DNA of 64,000 nt from Vicinamibacteria bacterium (lineage in GTDB: Bacteria > Acidobacteriota > Vicinamibacteria > Fen-336): the NCBI GenBank assembly GCA_016934575.1, contig JAFGSN010000194.1:411-64410 (forward strand), read 5' to 3'. The notes below the pieces were generated by a model. That model was not told the DNA's origin, did not search any database, and saw only the letters and a list, made by a program, of their open reading frames with translations. Positions 47,930 through 61,940 of the stretch are shown piece after piece. A program made the translations under genes and the position numbers. The stretch's first letter is position 1. Each line of letters opens with the position of its first letter.

Positions 47930-49214
47930 GACGTATAGACGGCGCGTGACCACGGCGGCGGACGCCGTCAGTCACATTCGCTCGGGACATCACGTCTGGA
48001 TTCACGCGGGCTGCAGCAATCCCGAAGAGCTCGTGCGCGCGATGGTGGCGCGCGCCGGCGAGTTGCGGGACGTCGAGGTCTCGCACCTCCTGACTTTCGG
48101 GTGCGCGGACTACGTCGAGCCGCGCTACTCCGGCTCGTTCCGCCACCGCGCGCTTTTCATCGGCGCGAACGTTCGTCAGGCGATTCACGAGGGGCGCGCC
48201 GACTTCGTTCCGATTCATCTCTCCGAGGTTCCGCGCCTGATCGCCTCGGGGCGCCTCGTGGTCGACGTGGCTCTGATACACATTACGCCGCCAGACGAGC
48301 ATGGATTTTGTTCGTTCGGCGTCGGCGTGGACAGCACGAAAGCCGCGGCCGAACGCGCGGCCGTGGTGATCGCCCTTGTCAACCGGCGCATGCCGCGGTC
48401 TCTGGGCGACGCGTTCATCCATGTCTCGAAGCTCACGCAGGTCGTCGAGGTCGACCGGCCGATCCTCGAGCTGCCGCAACGCGCCGAGGTGGGCGACACG
48501 GCTCTGCGTATCGGCCGGCATATCGCCGGGTTGATCGCGGACGGCGCGACGTTGCAGATGGGCATCGGCGAGATACCGGACGCGGTCCTGCTCTCGCTCA
48601 CCGACAAGCGCCATCTCGGCATTCACACCGAGATGTTCTCGGACGGCATGGTGGAGCTTTTCGAGAACGGAGTCGTGACCAACGAGGCCAAGACCCTCCA
48701 TCGCGGCAAGATCATCGCTTCCTTCGTCCTTGGATCGAAAAAGACGTTCGATTTTCTCGACAACAATCCGTCGATCGAGTTTCACCCGAGCGACTACGTG
48801 AACGATCCGCTGATCGTCGCCCAGAACGAGAAAATGGTGGCGATCAACTCCGCCATCGCCGTCGATCTCACCGGGCAGGTGTGCGCCGATTCGATCGGCG
48901 CGTCGATCTATTCGGGATTCGGCGGACAGCTCGACTTCATTCGCGGCGCCTCGCGCTCGAAAGGGGGCAAGCCGGTCATCGCCCTTCCGGCCACGGCCAA
49001 AGACGGCGCGATATCGCGCATCACGGACACGCTGGCCGAGGGCTCGGGCGTCGTGACGACGCGCGCCGACGTCCACTACGTCGTGACCGAATACGGCGTC
49101 GCTTCGCTTCACGGCAAGAGTCTTCGCGAACGTTCCAGGGAGCTGATCGCCATCGCGCATCCGAGTTTTCGCGACCAACTCTGTTCCGCGGCTCGAGCGC
49201 GCAATCTCCTCTAA
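47916..49214 (+). CDS. Acetyl-CoA hydrolase/transferase family protein (4-hydroxybutyrate CoA-transferase-like)
   Basis: The GTG start at 47916 gives (M)HWFETYRRRVTTAADAVSHIRSGHHVWIHAGCSNPEELV, typical of the Cat2/Ach1 N-terminus; GIGEIPDAV and DLTGQV blocks. It overlaps the ald 3' end by 14 nt. Confidence 0.8.
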   Translation: MHWFETYRRRVTTAADAVSHIRSGHHVWIHAGCSNPEELVRAMVARAGELRDVEVSHLLTFGCADYVEPRYSGSFRHRALFIGANVRQAIHEGRADFVPIHLSEVPRLIASGRLVVDVALIHITPPDEHGFCSFGVGVDSTKAAAERAAVVIALVNRRMPRSLGDAFIHVSKLTQVVEVDRPILELPQRAEVGDTALRIGRHIAGLIADGATLQMGIGEIPDAVLLSLTDKRHLGIHTEMFSDGMVELFENGVVTNEAKTLHRGKIIASFVLGSKKTFDFLDNNPSIEFHPSDYVNDPLIVAQNEKMVAINSAIAVDLTGQVCADSIGASIYSGFGGQLDFIRGASRSKGGKPVIALPATAKDGAISRITDTLAEGSGVVTTRADVHYVVTEYGVASLHGKSLRERSRELIAIAHPSFRDQLCSAARARNLL

Positions 49215-49358
49215 AGCGCGCGGTCGATGCGCGGCTGGCGACCGCGGGATCCATGAAGACGATGCGTTCTTCACGATCGACAACGAACACGCCGGCCGAG
49301 AGGGCGCGCGGCGCTTCCGGGGCGTCCGCCGCGACGCGTCCCGGAGACGTCGTCTCGC

Positions 49359-50027
49359 TCATCGTCGGCGGGCGTGCCGCAGCGCCGGAATGACTCCGGC
49401 GAGCGTCAGCGCGGCAAAGAGAGCGACGAGTGTCCATCCGGGCAGCGCCAACGCTCTGCCCAGAAGCGCGAGAAGATAGAAACGCACGGTTCGCGAGACC
49501 GTGACGGCGAGGAGGTAGCGACCCAACGGATATCGCGCCAGCGTCGCCAGGGCGCGGAACGGGTAGAACGGCAGGGGAGAGACGCCTGCGACGACGAGCG
49601 CGGTAAACGGCGCTCGCGAGAACAGAGCGACGACGCGCGTCACCGTCCGGCCGCGGATGCGCTCGCGCAGGACGCTTCCATTCGCGACCAGATGCAAGGC
49701 ATGGTAGTTGGCCGCCTCGGTGAGCACGGTGCCCGCGCTCGAGATCAGGGCGACCGTATGCGGCTCGTACAGCTTGGCGAAGTGCAGAATCGCCGGCTCG
49801 TGCGGCACGACGGCCAGGAGAAACTCCGATGGAAAGCAGTAGAAAAAGAGCGCCCACAGACTGCGGCTGTTCCAGATGGGATCGAACACGAGCCACCAAA
49901 CGATCAGAACGACGACCAGGCTGATTTGCGCCGCCAGCAGAAGCGCGCGCAGCTTCAGCGTTCTTCGACGCCGCGAACCCAGCGCCGGCGGTGTCGGTGC
50001 GTGCGCGGCATCGAGCGGCGCGTTCAA
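49359..50027 (-). CDS. DedA/VTT-like integral membrane protein (tentative)
   Basis: Four to five TM helices. The TTG at 50027 follows GGAGG and lies 5 nt after the radical-SAM stop. The longer ORF (to 50117) would overlap the upstream gene by 85 nt. Confidence 0.4.
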   Translation of the reverse strand: MNAPLDAAHAPTPPALGSRRRRTLKLRALLLAAQISLVVVLIVWWLVFDPIWNSRSLWALFFYCFPSEFLLAVVPHEPAILHFAKLYEPHTVALISSAGTVLTEAANYHALHLVANGSVLRERIRGRTVTRVVALFSRAPFTALVVAGVSPLPFYPFRALATLARYPLGRYLLAVTVSRTVRFYLLALLGRALALPGWTLVALFAALTLAGVIPALRHARRR

Positions 50028-50032
50028 GGAGA

Positions 50033-50989
50033 TCAGTGTCCTCCGAGATTGTCCATGATGAGGTAGCGCGCCGGTTTCTCCGAGTTGCCGCGAATGCTCG
50101 TGTAGCAGTCGGCGCAAGTGTTTTGCCTTGAAAACCGTTCCACGACTTCACGTTGAGATCGGTACTCGCCCATGATCAGGCCGCAAGGAGAGAGGCTGCC
50201 GTCGGGATTGACGACGAGGAAGCGCTCTCCCGCCCGGCATCCGGGCAGCGCGCCGTGCTCGAAATACTCGATCATCTTGCGGAACACGAAATCGGACGTG
50301 CGGACGACGCCATATCGGCGTTTGTGCTCGCGCAGGCGAGCGATGACGGTTTTCAGCTCGGCCAGCTCTTCGGGAGGAATGAGAAGCTCCCGCTCGCTCG
50401 TGCGCAGCCACGTATAGGCGCTGAAATTGACGTGCGCGCCCCACTTCCGTCCCAGCTCGGCGATGTCGAGAAGGTCGCGGAGGTTTTCACGATGAACGAC
50501 GCACGCGAGCGTCACGGCATGCCTCCCGTTGGCCTTCAACGATCCGAGCAGATCTTTGATGCGGCCGAACAGGCCGGGGATCTTGCGGAACTCGTCGTGA
50601 CGTTCGTCCGGAAAATCGCAGGAAATCGAGAAGTGGTCGACGCCGGCGTCGAACAGCCGGCGATACTTGTCGGGCGTGAGCAGCGAGCCGTTCGTCGTCA
50701 GCACGACGACGGGCGCGCGATTTTTACGCCGCAAGGCGCCCACGATCGCCTCGATGTCGTCCCGCAGCAACGGCTCGCCTCCCGAGACCTGGGCCACGAC
50801 CGGTTTCAGCTCGCGGCAGATTTTGCCGAAGACTTCCGGCGCGGCGCGCTCTTCGTCGATCGGCTCGCCGAGATGGCAATGCCGGCAGCGCGCATTGCAG
50901 TTACGCGTCACCTCGAACGAAACGCAGAGTGGGCGGCCGGAGCAGTAGTTGACGGCTCCTCTTTTAAGCAAGGATAAAGATCTTGTCAT
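50033..50989 (-). CDS. Radical SAM enzyme with C-terminal SPASM/twitch-like Cys cluster
   Basis: CNARCRHCHLG (CxxxCxxC), SGGEPLL and TNGSLL motifs; C-terminal cysteines PGC..x19..SPC..x21..CADC. RBS AAGGA upstream. Confidence 0.8.
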   Translation of the reverse strand: MTRSLSLLKRGAVNYCSGRPLCVSFEVTRNCNARCRHCHLGEPIDEERAAPEVFGKICRELKPVVAQVSGGEPLLRDDIEAIVGALRRKNRAPVVVLTTNGSLLTPDKYRRLFDAGVDHFSISCDFPDERHDEFRKIPGLFGRIKDLLGSLKANGRHAVTLACVVHRENLRDLLDIAELGRKWGAHVNFSAYTWLRTSERELLIPPEELAELKTVIARLREHKRRYGVVRTSDFVFRKMIEYFEHGALPGCRAGERFLVVNPDGSLSPCGLIMGEYRSQREVVERFSRQNTCADCYTSIRGNSEKPARYLIMDNLGGH

Positions 50990-51173
50990 TCGTAAAATCC
51001 TTCGTTACACCGCGGACATGATTACGGGTCGCCAGCGTCATTCGTCCTCGGGGGAGAGCCCGGCTGCCCGTGATCGAACCGAGGATCCGGGTCAGACTAC
51101 GCCGCTCGATCCGGCGCTGTCAAGGACCGGCGTTTGCCGCGATTGTCGTGTTCCGGCGCTTGCACACGACGCG

Positions 51174-52649
51174 TCAGCGGGCTCCTCGGAGCGGTATGCG
51201 CAGGCGCTGTCCGGGCCAAATGCGGTTCGCGCTGCGGACGCGATTCAATCGCATGATGGCCGTGACGTTCGTCCTGTAGCGCCGGGCGATTTGCGAGAGC
51301 GTTTCTCCGCGCCGGACACGATGCACGGCGTGTCGCGGCGCGGGAGGGCTCCATTCGGGGAGCCGGGACACGTGCGCGGCGACGCTCTCGCTCCGATCCG
51401 CGGGAACCTTGAGATCATAGGCGCGCCGCGGCGTGGAACCGTGACGCAGCTCCGGATTCAGCGCGCGAAGCGTGCCCTGTTCCAGGCCAAGCGCCTGGTC
51501 GAGGCGGTCCAGCGCGATGGAGCGTTCGACTCGCACGTGCGTCCAGCCGTCGGTCGGCGCGAGCGGTTCGGGAAGGCTCACTCCGTGCTTTCCTGGATTC
51601 TCGATGATCAGAAGAGCGGCGATGAGGCGCGGGACATAGCGTCGCGTTTCGCGGGGGAGATGCTCGTAGAGATCCCAGAAATCGAAATAGCGGTCGGATG
51701 ACCGGCCCTGCAACCTGAGAACCCGCGCCTCGCCGCAGTTATAGGCGGCCAGCGCCTTGGACCAATCTCCAAAAAGACCATGCAGATCGGCGAGATAGGC
51801 GATGGCGGCGTCGGTGGATTTCTCGGGATCGAGGCGTTCGTCGATCCATCTGTCGCGGCTCAACCCGTAACGCAAGCCCGTGGATGCGATGAATTGCCAC
51901 AAACCGAAAGCTCCAGCCCGCGAGAGGGCGCGCACCTTGAAGCAGCTTTCGACGAGCGGGAGCCAGCTCAACTGACTCGGCAGGCCGGCGGCGTTCAGCT
52001 TGGCGAGAATCATCGGGCGGTACTGGCCCGATCGTCGATAGCCCGCGACGAAATCGTTCCACTCCACGGTCGTCAGGCTCGCGATCTCGCGCCGGACATG
52101 GTCGTTGTCGACAAGGGGCAGGCCGAGATCCCAGGAAGTCAGAGGCGCGGCCGCCGACGCGCGACGATCATAGAGTCGCAAGACGATCTTGGCCGCGAGG
52201 CGGCGGATGTCCTCCTTGGCCTGGAGATAGGCTCCGTCACCGTTGTTCGGAAGCGCGAGCATCAGCTCGTAAGCCCGATCGACCGCGGCGATCGCCTCTT
52301 CAACCTCTCCGCGATCGAGACGTTCTTCCGCCGACTGGCACAGGTCGAGAGCCTCTTTCTGCAGAGCCTCCGCGGATGGCGTGGAACCCTCGGGCAACGC
52401 GACTTCCTCGGCGTTGATATCGACGTCGTTCAAGTCGTTGGGATCGGCGACGTCCTGCGCGTTCGATCCTTCCTGCGGATTTCGATCTGCCGGCGCGGGA
52501 TCGGACGGCGTCGTCAAGATCGTTGGAGCTGGAGAAGGCGCTTGCGGAGGCGCATTCACACGCGTCGAGGCGCGGCATCCGACAAGAGTCAGGACGACGA
52601 GCGCGATGAGCGCCTTCCCGCCATGCGTTGCTGCGTTCATGCCATTCAC
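51174..52649 (-). CDS. mltD: Membrane-bound lytic murein transglycosylase D-like lipoprotein (SLT + LysM)
   Basis: Lipobox LTLVGC; SLT core ESCFKVRALSRAGAFGLWQF ... AYNCGEARV; C-terminal LysM (HRVRRGETLSQIARRY). Confidence 0.8.
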   Translation of the reverse strand: MNGMNAATHGGKALIALVVLTLVGCRASTRVNAPPQAPSPAPTILTTPSDPAPADRNPQEGSNAQDVADPNDLNDVDINAEEVALPEGSTPSAEALQKEALDLCQSAEERLDRGEVEEAIAAVDRAYELMLALPNNGDGAYLQAKEDIRRLAAKIVLRLYDRRASAAAPLTSWDLGLPLVDNDHVRREIASLTTVEWNDFVAGYRRSGQYRPMILAKLNAAGLPSQLSWLPLVESCFKVRALSRAGAFGLWQFIASTGLRYGLSRDRWIDERLDPEKSTDAAIAYLADLHGLFGDWSKALAAYNCGEARVLRLQGRSSDRYFDFWDLYEHLPRETRRYVPRLIAALLIIENPGKHGVSLPEPLAPTDGWTHVRVERSIALDRLDQALGLEQGTLRALNPELRHGSTPRRAYDLKVPADRSESVAAHVSRLPEWSPPAPRHAVHRVRRGETLSQIARRYRTNVTAIMRLNRVRSANRIWPGQRLRIPLRGAR

Positions 52650-52824
52650 GGAGATTCGTCCTCCTCCTCATGCATTCCGGCCATATGAAGCCGTGCGCCA
52701 TCGTCCATGATACTCGGGTCGGCCTCCTTTTGGGGCATGACGCCCGTTGCGACCGATCCCGCGCGCGGCCTTTCCCGTCCGAGGCGCCGCCAGGATTGTC
52801 AAGCGGCCTTTTTGCGGCCACACT

Positions 52825-53145
52825 ATGGACATGGCGCGCCCGAGAAGCGAGACCGGAACGGCGGTCATCGAGAAATCCCGGCCGGACGTCGACGAGCCGC
52901 GAATGTATCACGTCGTTCTCCTGAACGACGACTACACGACGATGGAGTTCGTCATCGAGATCCTGGAAACGATCTTTTCCAAGAGCCGGCATGAGGCCTA
53001 CCGTGTCATGCTGCACGTGCACACTCACGGGCGCGGCGTCTGCGGCGCGTATACGTTCGAGGAGGCGGAGACGAAGGTCGCCTTCGTCCATGATCTGGCG
53101 CGGGAAAGAGGCTTTCCCCTGCGTGCCACGATCGAGGAGGCCTGA
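52825..53145 (+). CDS. clpS: ATP-dependent Clp protease adaptor ClpS
   Basis: MYHVVLLNDDYTTMEFVIEILETIFSKSRHEAYRVMLHVHTHGRGVCGAYTFEEAE is a hallmark ClpS core. Confidence 0.88.
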   Translation: MDMARPRSETGTAVIEKSRPDVDEPRMYHVVLLNDDYTTMEFVIEILETIFSKSRHEAYRVMLHVHTHGRGVCGAYTFEEAETKVAFVHDLARERGFPLRATIEEA

Positions 53146-53150
53146 GAGCC

Positions 53151-55457
53151 GTGTTCAGCGCTGCCGTCGAGGGAGTGCTCGAGATCGCTTATCGCGAGGC
53201 GGTCACGAGACGCCATGCGCATCTGACGCTCGAGCATCTGCTTTTCGCCCTGGCGCAGGACCAGGGCGCCGCCCGGATCCTGCTCGCATCCGGCGCCGAC
53301 GTGAAGCGCCTGCGCGAGGAGCTCGACGTCTACCTGGATCAGGTGCTCGAAAGGCTGCCCCTCGACGCGTCCCAGACGCCGATACAGACGCTGTCTTTCC
53401 GGCGCGTGCTCCAGGTGGCCATCCTGCACGTTCAGAGCTCGGGGCGCGGCGAGGCCGACGTCGGCGACCTCATCGCTGCGCTTCTGCAGCAACCGCGCAC
53501 GCACGCCGCCCAGCTCCTTGCCGCTCATGGCGTCACGCGACTCGACGTGCTGAACTTCGTTTCCCACGGCGTGGCCAAGATTCCGCTCGACGACGAAGGA
53601 GAGGCGCCGGCGGCGCCGGCGGCCGAAGACGAACAGCCCAAGGTGCGCGACCCGCTGGCGGCTTACACCGTCGATCTGACCGATCGCGCCCGCCAGGGCA
53701 AGCTCGATCCGCTCATCGGTCGGACGTCGGAGCTCAAGCGCGCGCTGGAGATCCTCTGTCGCAGGCGCAAGAACAACCCCGTTTTCGTCGGTGACGCGGG
53801 AGTGGGCAAGACAGCCCTGGTCGAAGGGCTCGCTCAGCGCCTGTGCGCGGCGGACATCCCGGAGATACTCGAAGGCTCGGAGATCTTCGCTCTCGACACG
53901 GGGGCGCTCCTGGCCGGCACGCGCTTTCGCGGCGACTTCGAGGAGCGTTTCAAGGCGGTGATCGCGGCTCTCAAGAAGCGTCGTCGCCCCATCCTTTTCA
54001 TCGACGAGATGCACACGATGGTCGGAGCGGGCGCCGTGACCGGCGGAACGATGGACCTCGCCAACCTGGTCAAGCCGATTCTTTCGGAAGGGGATCTGCG
54101 TCTTTTGGGGTCGACGACTTTCGAGGAGTTCAAGCACATCGAGAAGGATCGCGCCCTTTTCAGGCGCGTGCAGAAGATCATCGTCAACGAGCCCGCGCAC
54201 GAGGAGACCATCAAGATACTGAAGGGCTTGAAGGCGCGCTACGCGGAGCACCACGGCGTGAGATACACGGCGGCGTCCGTCGAGGCCGCCGCCAGGCTGG
54301 CCGGACGGCACCTGCGCGATTATCGGCTGCCCGACAGCGCCATCGACGTTCTTGACGAGGCGGGAGCGATGGTGCGCCTGGCCGTCGCGACGCACGGAGA
54401 GGCGGGCGAGACCGAGCCGATCGTCGACGTGGCCGAGGTCGAGCGCGTCGTCGCGCGTATGGCCCATATTCCGGAGAAACAAGCTACGGCCTCCGACAAG
54501 GAGCGCCTGCGAACGCTCGGGGAGGCGCTCAAGCGCGTCGTCTTCGGTCAGGAAGAAGCCGTGGGCCTTGTCGCTCAGGCGATCAAGCGCTCGCGCGCGG
54601 GCCTCGGGCAGCCCGAGCGGCCGGTCGGCTGCTTCCTCTTTACCGGACCGACGGGGGTGGGGAAGACCGAGTTGGCCAGACAGCTCGCCCTGCACCTGGG
54701 GAATGAGTTCGTCCGTTACGACATGAGCGAGTACATGGAAAAGCACGCCGTGGCTCGGCTCATCGGCGCGCCTCCGGGTTATGTTGGCTTCGAGCAGGGC
54801 GGCCTGCTCGTGGACGCGGTGCGGGCTCACCCTTATGCAGTCGTGCTCATGGACGAGATCGAGAAGGCTCATCCCGACCTCTTCGGCATTCTGTTGCAGG
54901 TGATGGACCATGCCACGTTGACCGACAACAACGGACGCAAGGCGGACTTTCGTCACGTGATCTTGATCATGACCTCGAACGCCGGTTCGCGGGAGATGAG
55001 CGCCACGTCGATCGGCTTCGGGAAGGACGCCTCGCTCGAAGCGAGCCGGAGCAAGGCCGCCGTTGAACGGCTGTTCACGCCGGAGTTCCGGAACCGTCTC
55101 GACGCCGTTGTGACCTTCAAGGCTCTCAATCCCGCGGTCATGGAGACGATCGTCGACAAGTTCATCCTTCAGCTCGAGGCGCAACTGCGCGAGCGGCGCG
55201 TGGCCCTGACGCTGACGCCTCAGGCGCGGACGTATCTTGCGCGCAAGGGCTATGACCCGAAGTACGGCGCCCGCCCGCTGGCGCGCGTCATACAAGCCGA
55301 GGTCCGCGATCCGCTCACGGACGAGGTTCTTTTCGGGCGCCTCGAGCGGGGCGGCACGGCCACGATCGGCCTCGAAGGCTTGAAGCTCGCATTCGACTTC
55401 GAGCCGACCGGACCGGGCGGCAGAAAAGCCGCTCCCGTGGAATCGACGCAATCCTGA
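53151..55457 (+). CDS. clpA: ATP-dependent Clp protease ATP-binding subunit ClpA
   Basis: GTG start 6 nt after clpS. Two AAA+ modules ([15 protein letters not shown]; [17 protein letters not shown]), the sensor and C-terminal D2-small domains, and no middle ClpB coiled coil. Confidence 0.9.
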   Translation: MFSAAVEGVLEIAYREAVTRRHAHLTLEHLLFALAQDQGAARILLASGADVKRLREELDVYLDQVLERLPLDASQTPIQTLSFRRVLQVAILHVQSSGRGEADVGDLIAALLQQPRTHAAQLLAAHGVTRLDVLNFVSHGVAKIPLDDEGEAPAAPAAEDEQPKVRDPLAAYTVDLTDRARQGKLDPLIGRTSELKRALEILCRRRKNNPVFVGDAGVGKTALVEGLAQRLCAADIPEILEGSEIFALDTGALLAGTRFRGDFEERFKAVIAALKKRRRPILFIDEMHTMVGAGAVTGGTMDLANLVKPILSEGDLRLLGSTTFEEFKHIEKDRALFRRVQKIIVNEPAHEETIKILKGLKARYAEHHGVRYTAASVEAAARLAGRHLRDYRLPDSAIDVLDEAGAMVRLAVATHGEAGETEPIVDVAEVERVVARMAHIPEKQATASDKERLRTLGEALKRVVFGQEEAVGLVAQAIKRSRAGLGQPERPVGCFLFTGPTGVGKTELARQLALHLGNEFVRYDMSEYMEKHAVARLIGAPPGYVGFEQGGLLVDAVRAHPYAVVLMDEIEKAHPDLFGILLQVMDHATLTDNNGRKADFRHVILIMTSNAGSREMSATSIGFGKDASLEASRSKAAVERLFTPEFRNRLDAVVTFKALNPAVMETIVDKFILQLEAQLRERRVALTLTPQARTYLARKGYDPKYGARPLARVIQAEVRDPLTDEVLFGRLERGGTATIGLEGLKLAFDFEPTGPGGRKAAPVESTQS

Positions 55458-55713
55458 ATCCAGCAAGACGTCTCGGTCATGAGCGGACCGGGCGGCAATC
55501 TCGACATCGTCGAACCGTGCGTTCGCGGCCGTTTCCCGCCACGACGCTCGCTTTCGTCAAGTGTTCATCTGCATTAGGAATATTGATACTTGTTCATTTG
55601 ATCAGTCGATTGTATCCTTGAGGCGTGACATGGACCGTTCGAGATCACGCTAGGTTGATTTCAGTATTTCTAATAAAGTAGCCGCGGCCCGCCACGGGGC
55701 GTTCCGGGTCTGA

Positions 55714-56582
55714 ATGGAGACGGACGTGTTTCGAATCCTTGAAAAGGGCTTGCTGGCTCCGCGCGTGAACCGCTATGTGGTTCATGCGCCGCAGGTGGCG
55801 CGGTCATGGCGCGCGGGACAGTTCGTCATCGTTCGTCCGCGCGAGGATTCGGAACGGATTCCTCTCACCATCGCCGACGGCTCGGCGGAGACCGTCACGC
55901 TGGTGGTTCAGGAAGTGGGCAAGACCACGGCCGTCATGGCCGACATGCAAGCGGGCGAGCGGTTGGCCGACCTGTGCGGTCCGCTGGGCGTGCCGGCCAA
56001 GATCGAAAAGGTCGGCGGAGTGGCCGTCGTCGGAGGCGGCGTCGGCATCGCTCCGGCTTATCCCATTGCCCAGGCTCATAAGACCTTCGGTAATCACGTC
56101 ATCGCCATTCTGGGCGCGCGGACGCGCGAGTTGCTCATCATGGAGGAGGAGATGCGCCGCGCGTCGCATGAGACCGTCATCGTCACGGATGACGGAAGTC
56201 GCGGAGAAAAAGGTTTCGTCACGACGGCCCTTCAGCGGCTGCTCGATCTCGGCCGGACGATCGACGAGGTCGTGGCCGTCGGTCCGGCCGTCATGATGAA
56301 GATGGTTGCGGCGTTGACTCGTGACGCGGGCATCCCGACTCGCGTCAGCCTCAACACCATCATGATCGACGGCACCGGCATGTGCGGCGGCTGCCGTGTC
56401 GCGGTCGGCGGACGGACAAAGTTCGTATGCGTCGACGGCCCCGAATTCGACGGCCATCAGGTGGACTTCGATCTGATGATGCGACGCCAGGCCATGTATC
56501 TCGATCATGAACGCGGAACCTACGAGGATTACCTCGAGACTCGCCGCTGCCGGCTCGACGCCACCCGGGAGCCTTCACGCCG

Positions 56583-56586
<4 letters not shown>
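55714..56586 (+). CDS. nfnA: NfnA/SudB-like FAD/NAD(P)-binding ferredoxin-NADP reductase subunit with [2Fe-2S]
   Basis: PyrK-like fold; C-terminal CGGCRVAVGGRTKFVCVDGP cluster. The stop overlaps the nfnB start. Confidence 0.8.
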
Positions 56587-59506
<2,920 letters not shown>

Positions 59507-59575
59507 TCGATCCTTTAAGGCGTGGAAGCGTCGGGAAGCGATGCTGGTCGTCTCGATCGCTTCGGGCGGCTTCGC

Positions 59576-60319
59576 CTAAAACCGCAGCACGAGGCCGGCC
59601 ACGCCGTAGTTGACCCAGGTGAATGTGTAGACCTCATCGTTGTCGGCGCCGCCCTCGAGCAGTCGGTAGCCGGCGCGCAGCGCGAGCTTCGGGCCGACTG
59701 CGCACTCGACGGCGACCAGGATGTCTTCCGCTCTTCCTTGCGGAGCCGCGGCGGCGTCGCCTTCAAGGATGAACGAGACTCGATCCGCGGCCTTGTATCG
59801 CGCCAGGAAATGCAGAAGCGGCACGGGCCCGATGTTGCTTTTCTCGGCGCGGAGCGCGCCGTCCGACAGCTCCACCGTCGCGTCGCGGATTTTGGCGGTG
59901 AGGCCCAGGGCCAGCTCCAGGCGCGGGCGGCTGAGGATGCTGCGGCGGTATGTCAGGCGATACGAGTCGAAGCGATATCGGCCCACGAGCGGCACGCCCG
60001 CCTCGAACGTGGCGTTCTCGAAACGGACGGGACGGGCCACGCTTCCTGCCGCCTCGAAACGAAGAGGAGCCGCCAGGAATCGGATGGCGTGCCGTCGTCC
60101 AATGCGCCAGACGGCCTGGGCGCGGAGATATGCGGCCGTCCGCGTTTGCAATTCCTCCGAAAACGAGAGGAGCGTTCCAGCGTCACCGGGGATACGGACG
60201 TCGTTATAACCGCTCCAGGCGGGTCCCGTCTCCAGTTCGAGCGATAGCCGCTCGGCCGCATTCAGGGCTTCGGAAGCCAGGAGCAGAAGCGTTCCAATCA
60301 TCAACCGGCGCATGATCAC
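59576..60319 (-). CDS. Putative outer-membrane beta-barrel protein
   Basis: Signal peptide, alternating amphipathic beta-strands, and a C-terminal ...GLVLRF ending in Phe. Confidence 0.55.
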   Translation of the reverse strand: MIMRRLMIGTLLLLASEALNAAERLSLELETGPAWSGYNDVRIPGDAGTLLSFSEELQTRTAAYLRAQAVWRIGRRHAIRFLAAPLRFEAAGSVARPVRFENATFEAGVPLVGRYRFDSYRLTYRRSILSRPRLELALGLTAKIRDATVELSDGALRAEKSNIGPVPLLHFLARYKAADRVSFILEGDAAAAPQGRAEDILVAVECAVGPKLALRAGYRLLEGGADNDEVYTFTWVNYGVAGLVLRF

Positions 60320-60489
60320 CTCCGCTCATGATAACGTAAGCAACCGCCGTTCTGGATTGCAGGCAGGCTCCAACAACCGAGCGTCGATCTCCGACACCCG
60401 ATATGCCGCGTTGGGCGGCTCGATTCCGAGGATACGCAGGATTCGATGACGCCGTGAATCGGTTAAAATCGCCGCGCGGAGCATGCGAC

Positions 60490-61410
60490 ATGAGCGAGAC
60501 GAAAGATCCTTACCCGCGTGTCGAACACATCAACCACATCTTGGAGCATGATCGGCCGGCCTTCAGCTTTGAGTTTTCACCGCCGCGTACGCCGGCCGGC
60601 GCGGAAAGGCTGTACCAGACGATCGAGGAGCTGGCGCCGCTCGGACCGTCGTACGTCAGCGTCACGTACGGGGCCGGAGGCTCGACCCGGGAGCTGACGC
60701 ACGACGTCGTTCTGCGCATGCAGCGCGACCTCGGTTTGACCGTCGTGGCGCACTTGACTTGCGTCGGCGCATCGCGAGCCGAGATCGGCTCGATTCTCGG
60801 AAAGTATTACTCCTCCGGCATCCGCAATATCATGGCGATCAGAGGCGATCCTCCGTTGGGCGAAACACGTTTTGTGCCTCCTCGGGACGGTTTCGCTTAT
60901 GCCGCCGAGCTTGTGGCGTTCATCAAGCGCGAGTTCCCCGACATCGGCATCGGCGTGGCCGGATATCCCGAGGGACACATCGACACCCCCAACCGTCTCA
61001 GGGAGATCGAGCATCTCAAGGCCAAGGTCGACGCCGGCGCGGACTACGTCTGCACGCAGCTTTTTTACGACAATCGTGATTACTTCGACTTCTGCGAGCG
61101 ATGCGCGCTTGTCGGCGTCCATGTGCCCATACTCGCGGGCATCATGCCGATCACTTCGCGCCGGACGATGCATCGGATGGCCGAGCTGGCCCTGGGCTCA
61201 CGTTATCCCGCCGGACTACTCCACCGGTTTATGCTGGCGGAAGATGACGAACGGCTCGAACGCGCCGGAATCGAGTGGGCCACCGAGCAGGTTCGCGAAC
61301 TCGTCGCGCGCGACATTCGCGGCGTCCACTTCTATACGCTCAATCTTTCCAAGGCGACAGCGAGCATCTATCGAGCGCTCGGCCTGGCCCGCAAGCGCCG
61401 TGCGCCTTGA
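60490..61410 (+). CDS. metF: 5,10-methylenetetrahydrofolate reductase
   Basis: FEFSPPRT, VSVTYGAGGSTRE, AHLTC and IRGDPP blocks, from the internal ATG at 60490. Confidence 0.9.
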   Translation: MSETKDPYPRVEHINHILEHDRPAFSFEFSPPRTPAGAERLYQTIEELAPLGPSYVSVTYGAGGSTRELTHDVVLRMQRDLGLTVVAHLTCVGASRAEIGSILGKYYSSGIRNIMAIRGDPPLGETRFVPPRDGFAYAAELVAFIKREFPDIGIGVAGYPEGHIDTPNRLREIEHLKAKVDAGADYVCTQLFYDNRDYFDFCERCALVGVHVPILAGIMPITSRRTMHRMAELALGSRYPAGLLHRFMLAEDDERLERAGIEWATEQVRELVARDIRGVHFYTLNLSKATASIYRALGLARKRRAP

Positions 61411-61481
61411 TCGCTCATGCGATGCACGAAACGGGCCGGCGCGCCGATTCCGGTCCTAACTCGTGAGTCGGTTCAATCGGT

Positions 61482-61703
61482 CTAGCGCTCTCTCGGCAAA
61501 ACAGTGAGCAGTGCGCCGATCGCGCCCAGGATGACGGCGACGTATCGTCCCAGCTCCATCTGGCCGGCCGGATACCGCAACGTTTCCATGATGGAGCTCC
61601 CGGGCGGGACTAGACTCGCATTCGAGAGCTGAGACGCGCAGTAGATGTAACCGCTGATGCCGACGAGGATCAGAAAGGCTCCCAGACTACGCATGGCCGT
61701 CAT
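61482..61703 (-). CDS. Small hypothetical membrane protein
   Basis: 73 aa from the internal ATG; two hydrophobic helices; weak evidence. Confidence 0.3.
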   Translation of the reverse strand: MTAMRSLGAFLILVGISGYIYCASQLSNASLVPPGSSIMETLRYPAGQMELGRYVAVILGAIGALLTVLPRER

Positions 61704-61940
61704 TCCTCCCCCGCCCGATTGAGGATTCGGGTGGCGCCATGATACCGCGGGTTGTCCTCTGCTTGAAAGGAAACGTCCTTGGGCGATGACAAGACGCTTC
61801 CAGCGAGACACGGCGCTCATTCACACAGGCAGAAGGAGTTACAGGGAATCCTCGCTGGCACATTGCTTGCCTTGCTTCTTGGCGGGCGTGCGCTCCCAAC
61901 CATCTCGGGTGCGGGGCTTGCGACCAGGAGGGAATGAACG

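Noticed and set aside
49021-50151. 376-aa minus-strand ORF spanning the end of the CoA-transferase gene and the DedA-like gene
   Set aside because: It is out of frame with both supported genes and is Arg/Ala-rich.
53025-55466. 813-aa minus-strand ORF antisense to clpA
   Set aside because: ClpA's Walker motifs are on the plus strand, and the antisense translation is Arg/Gly-rich.
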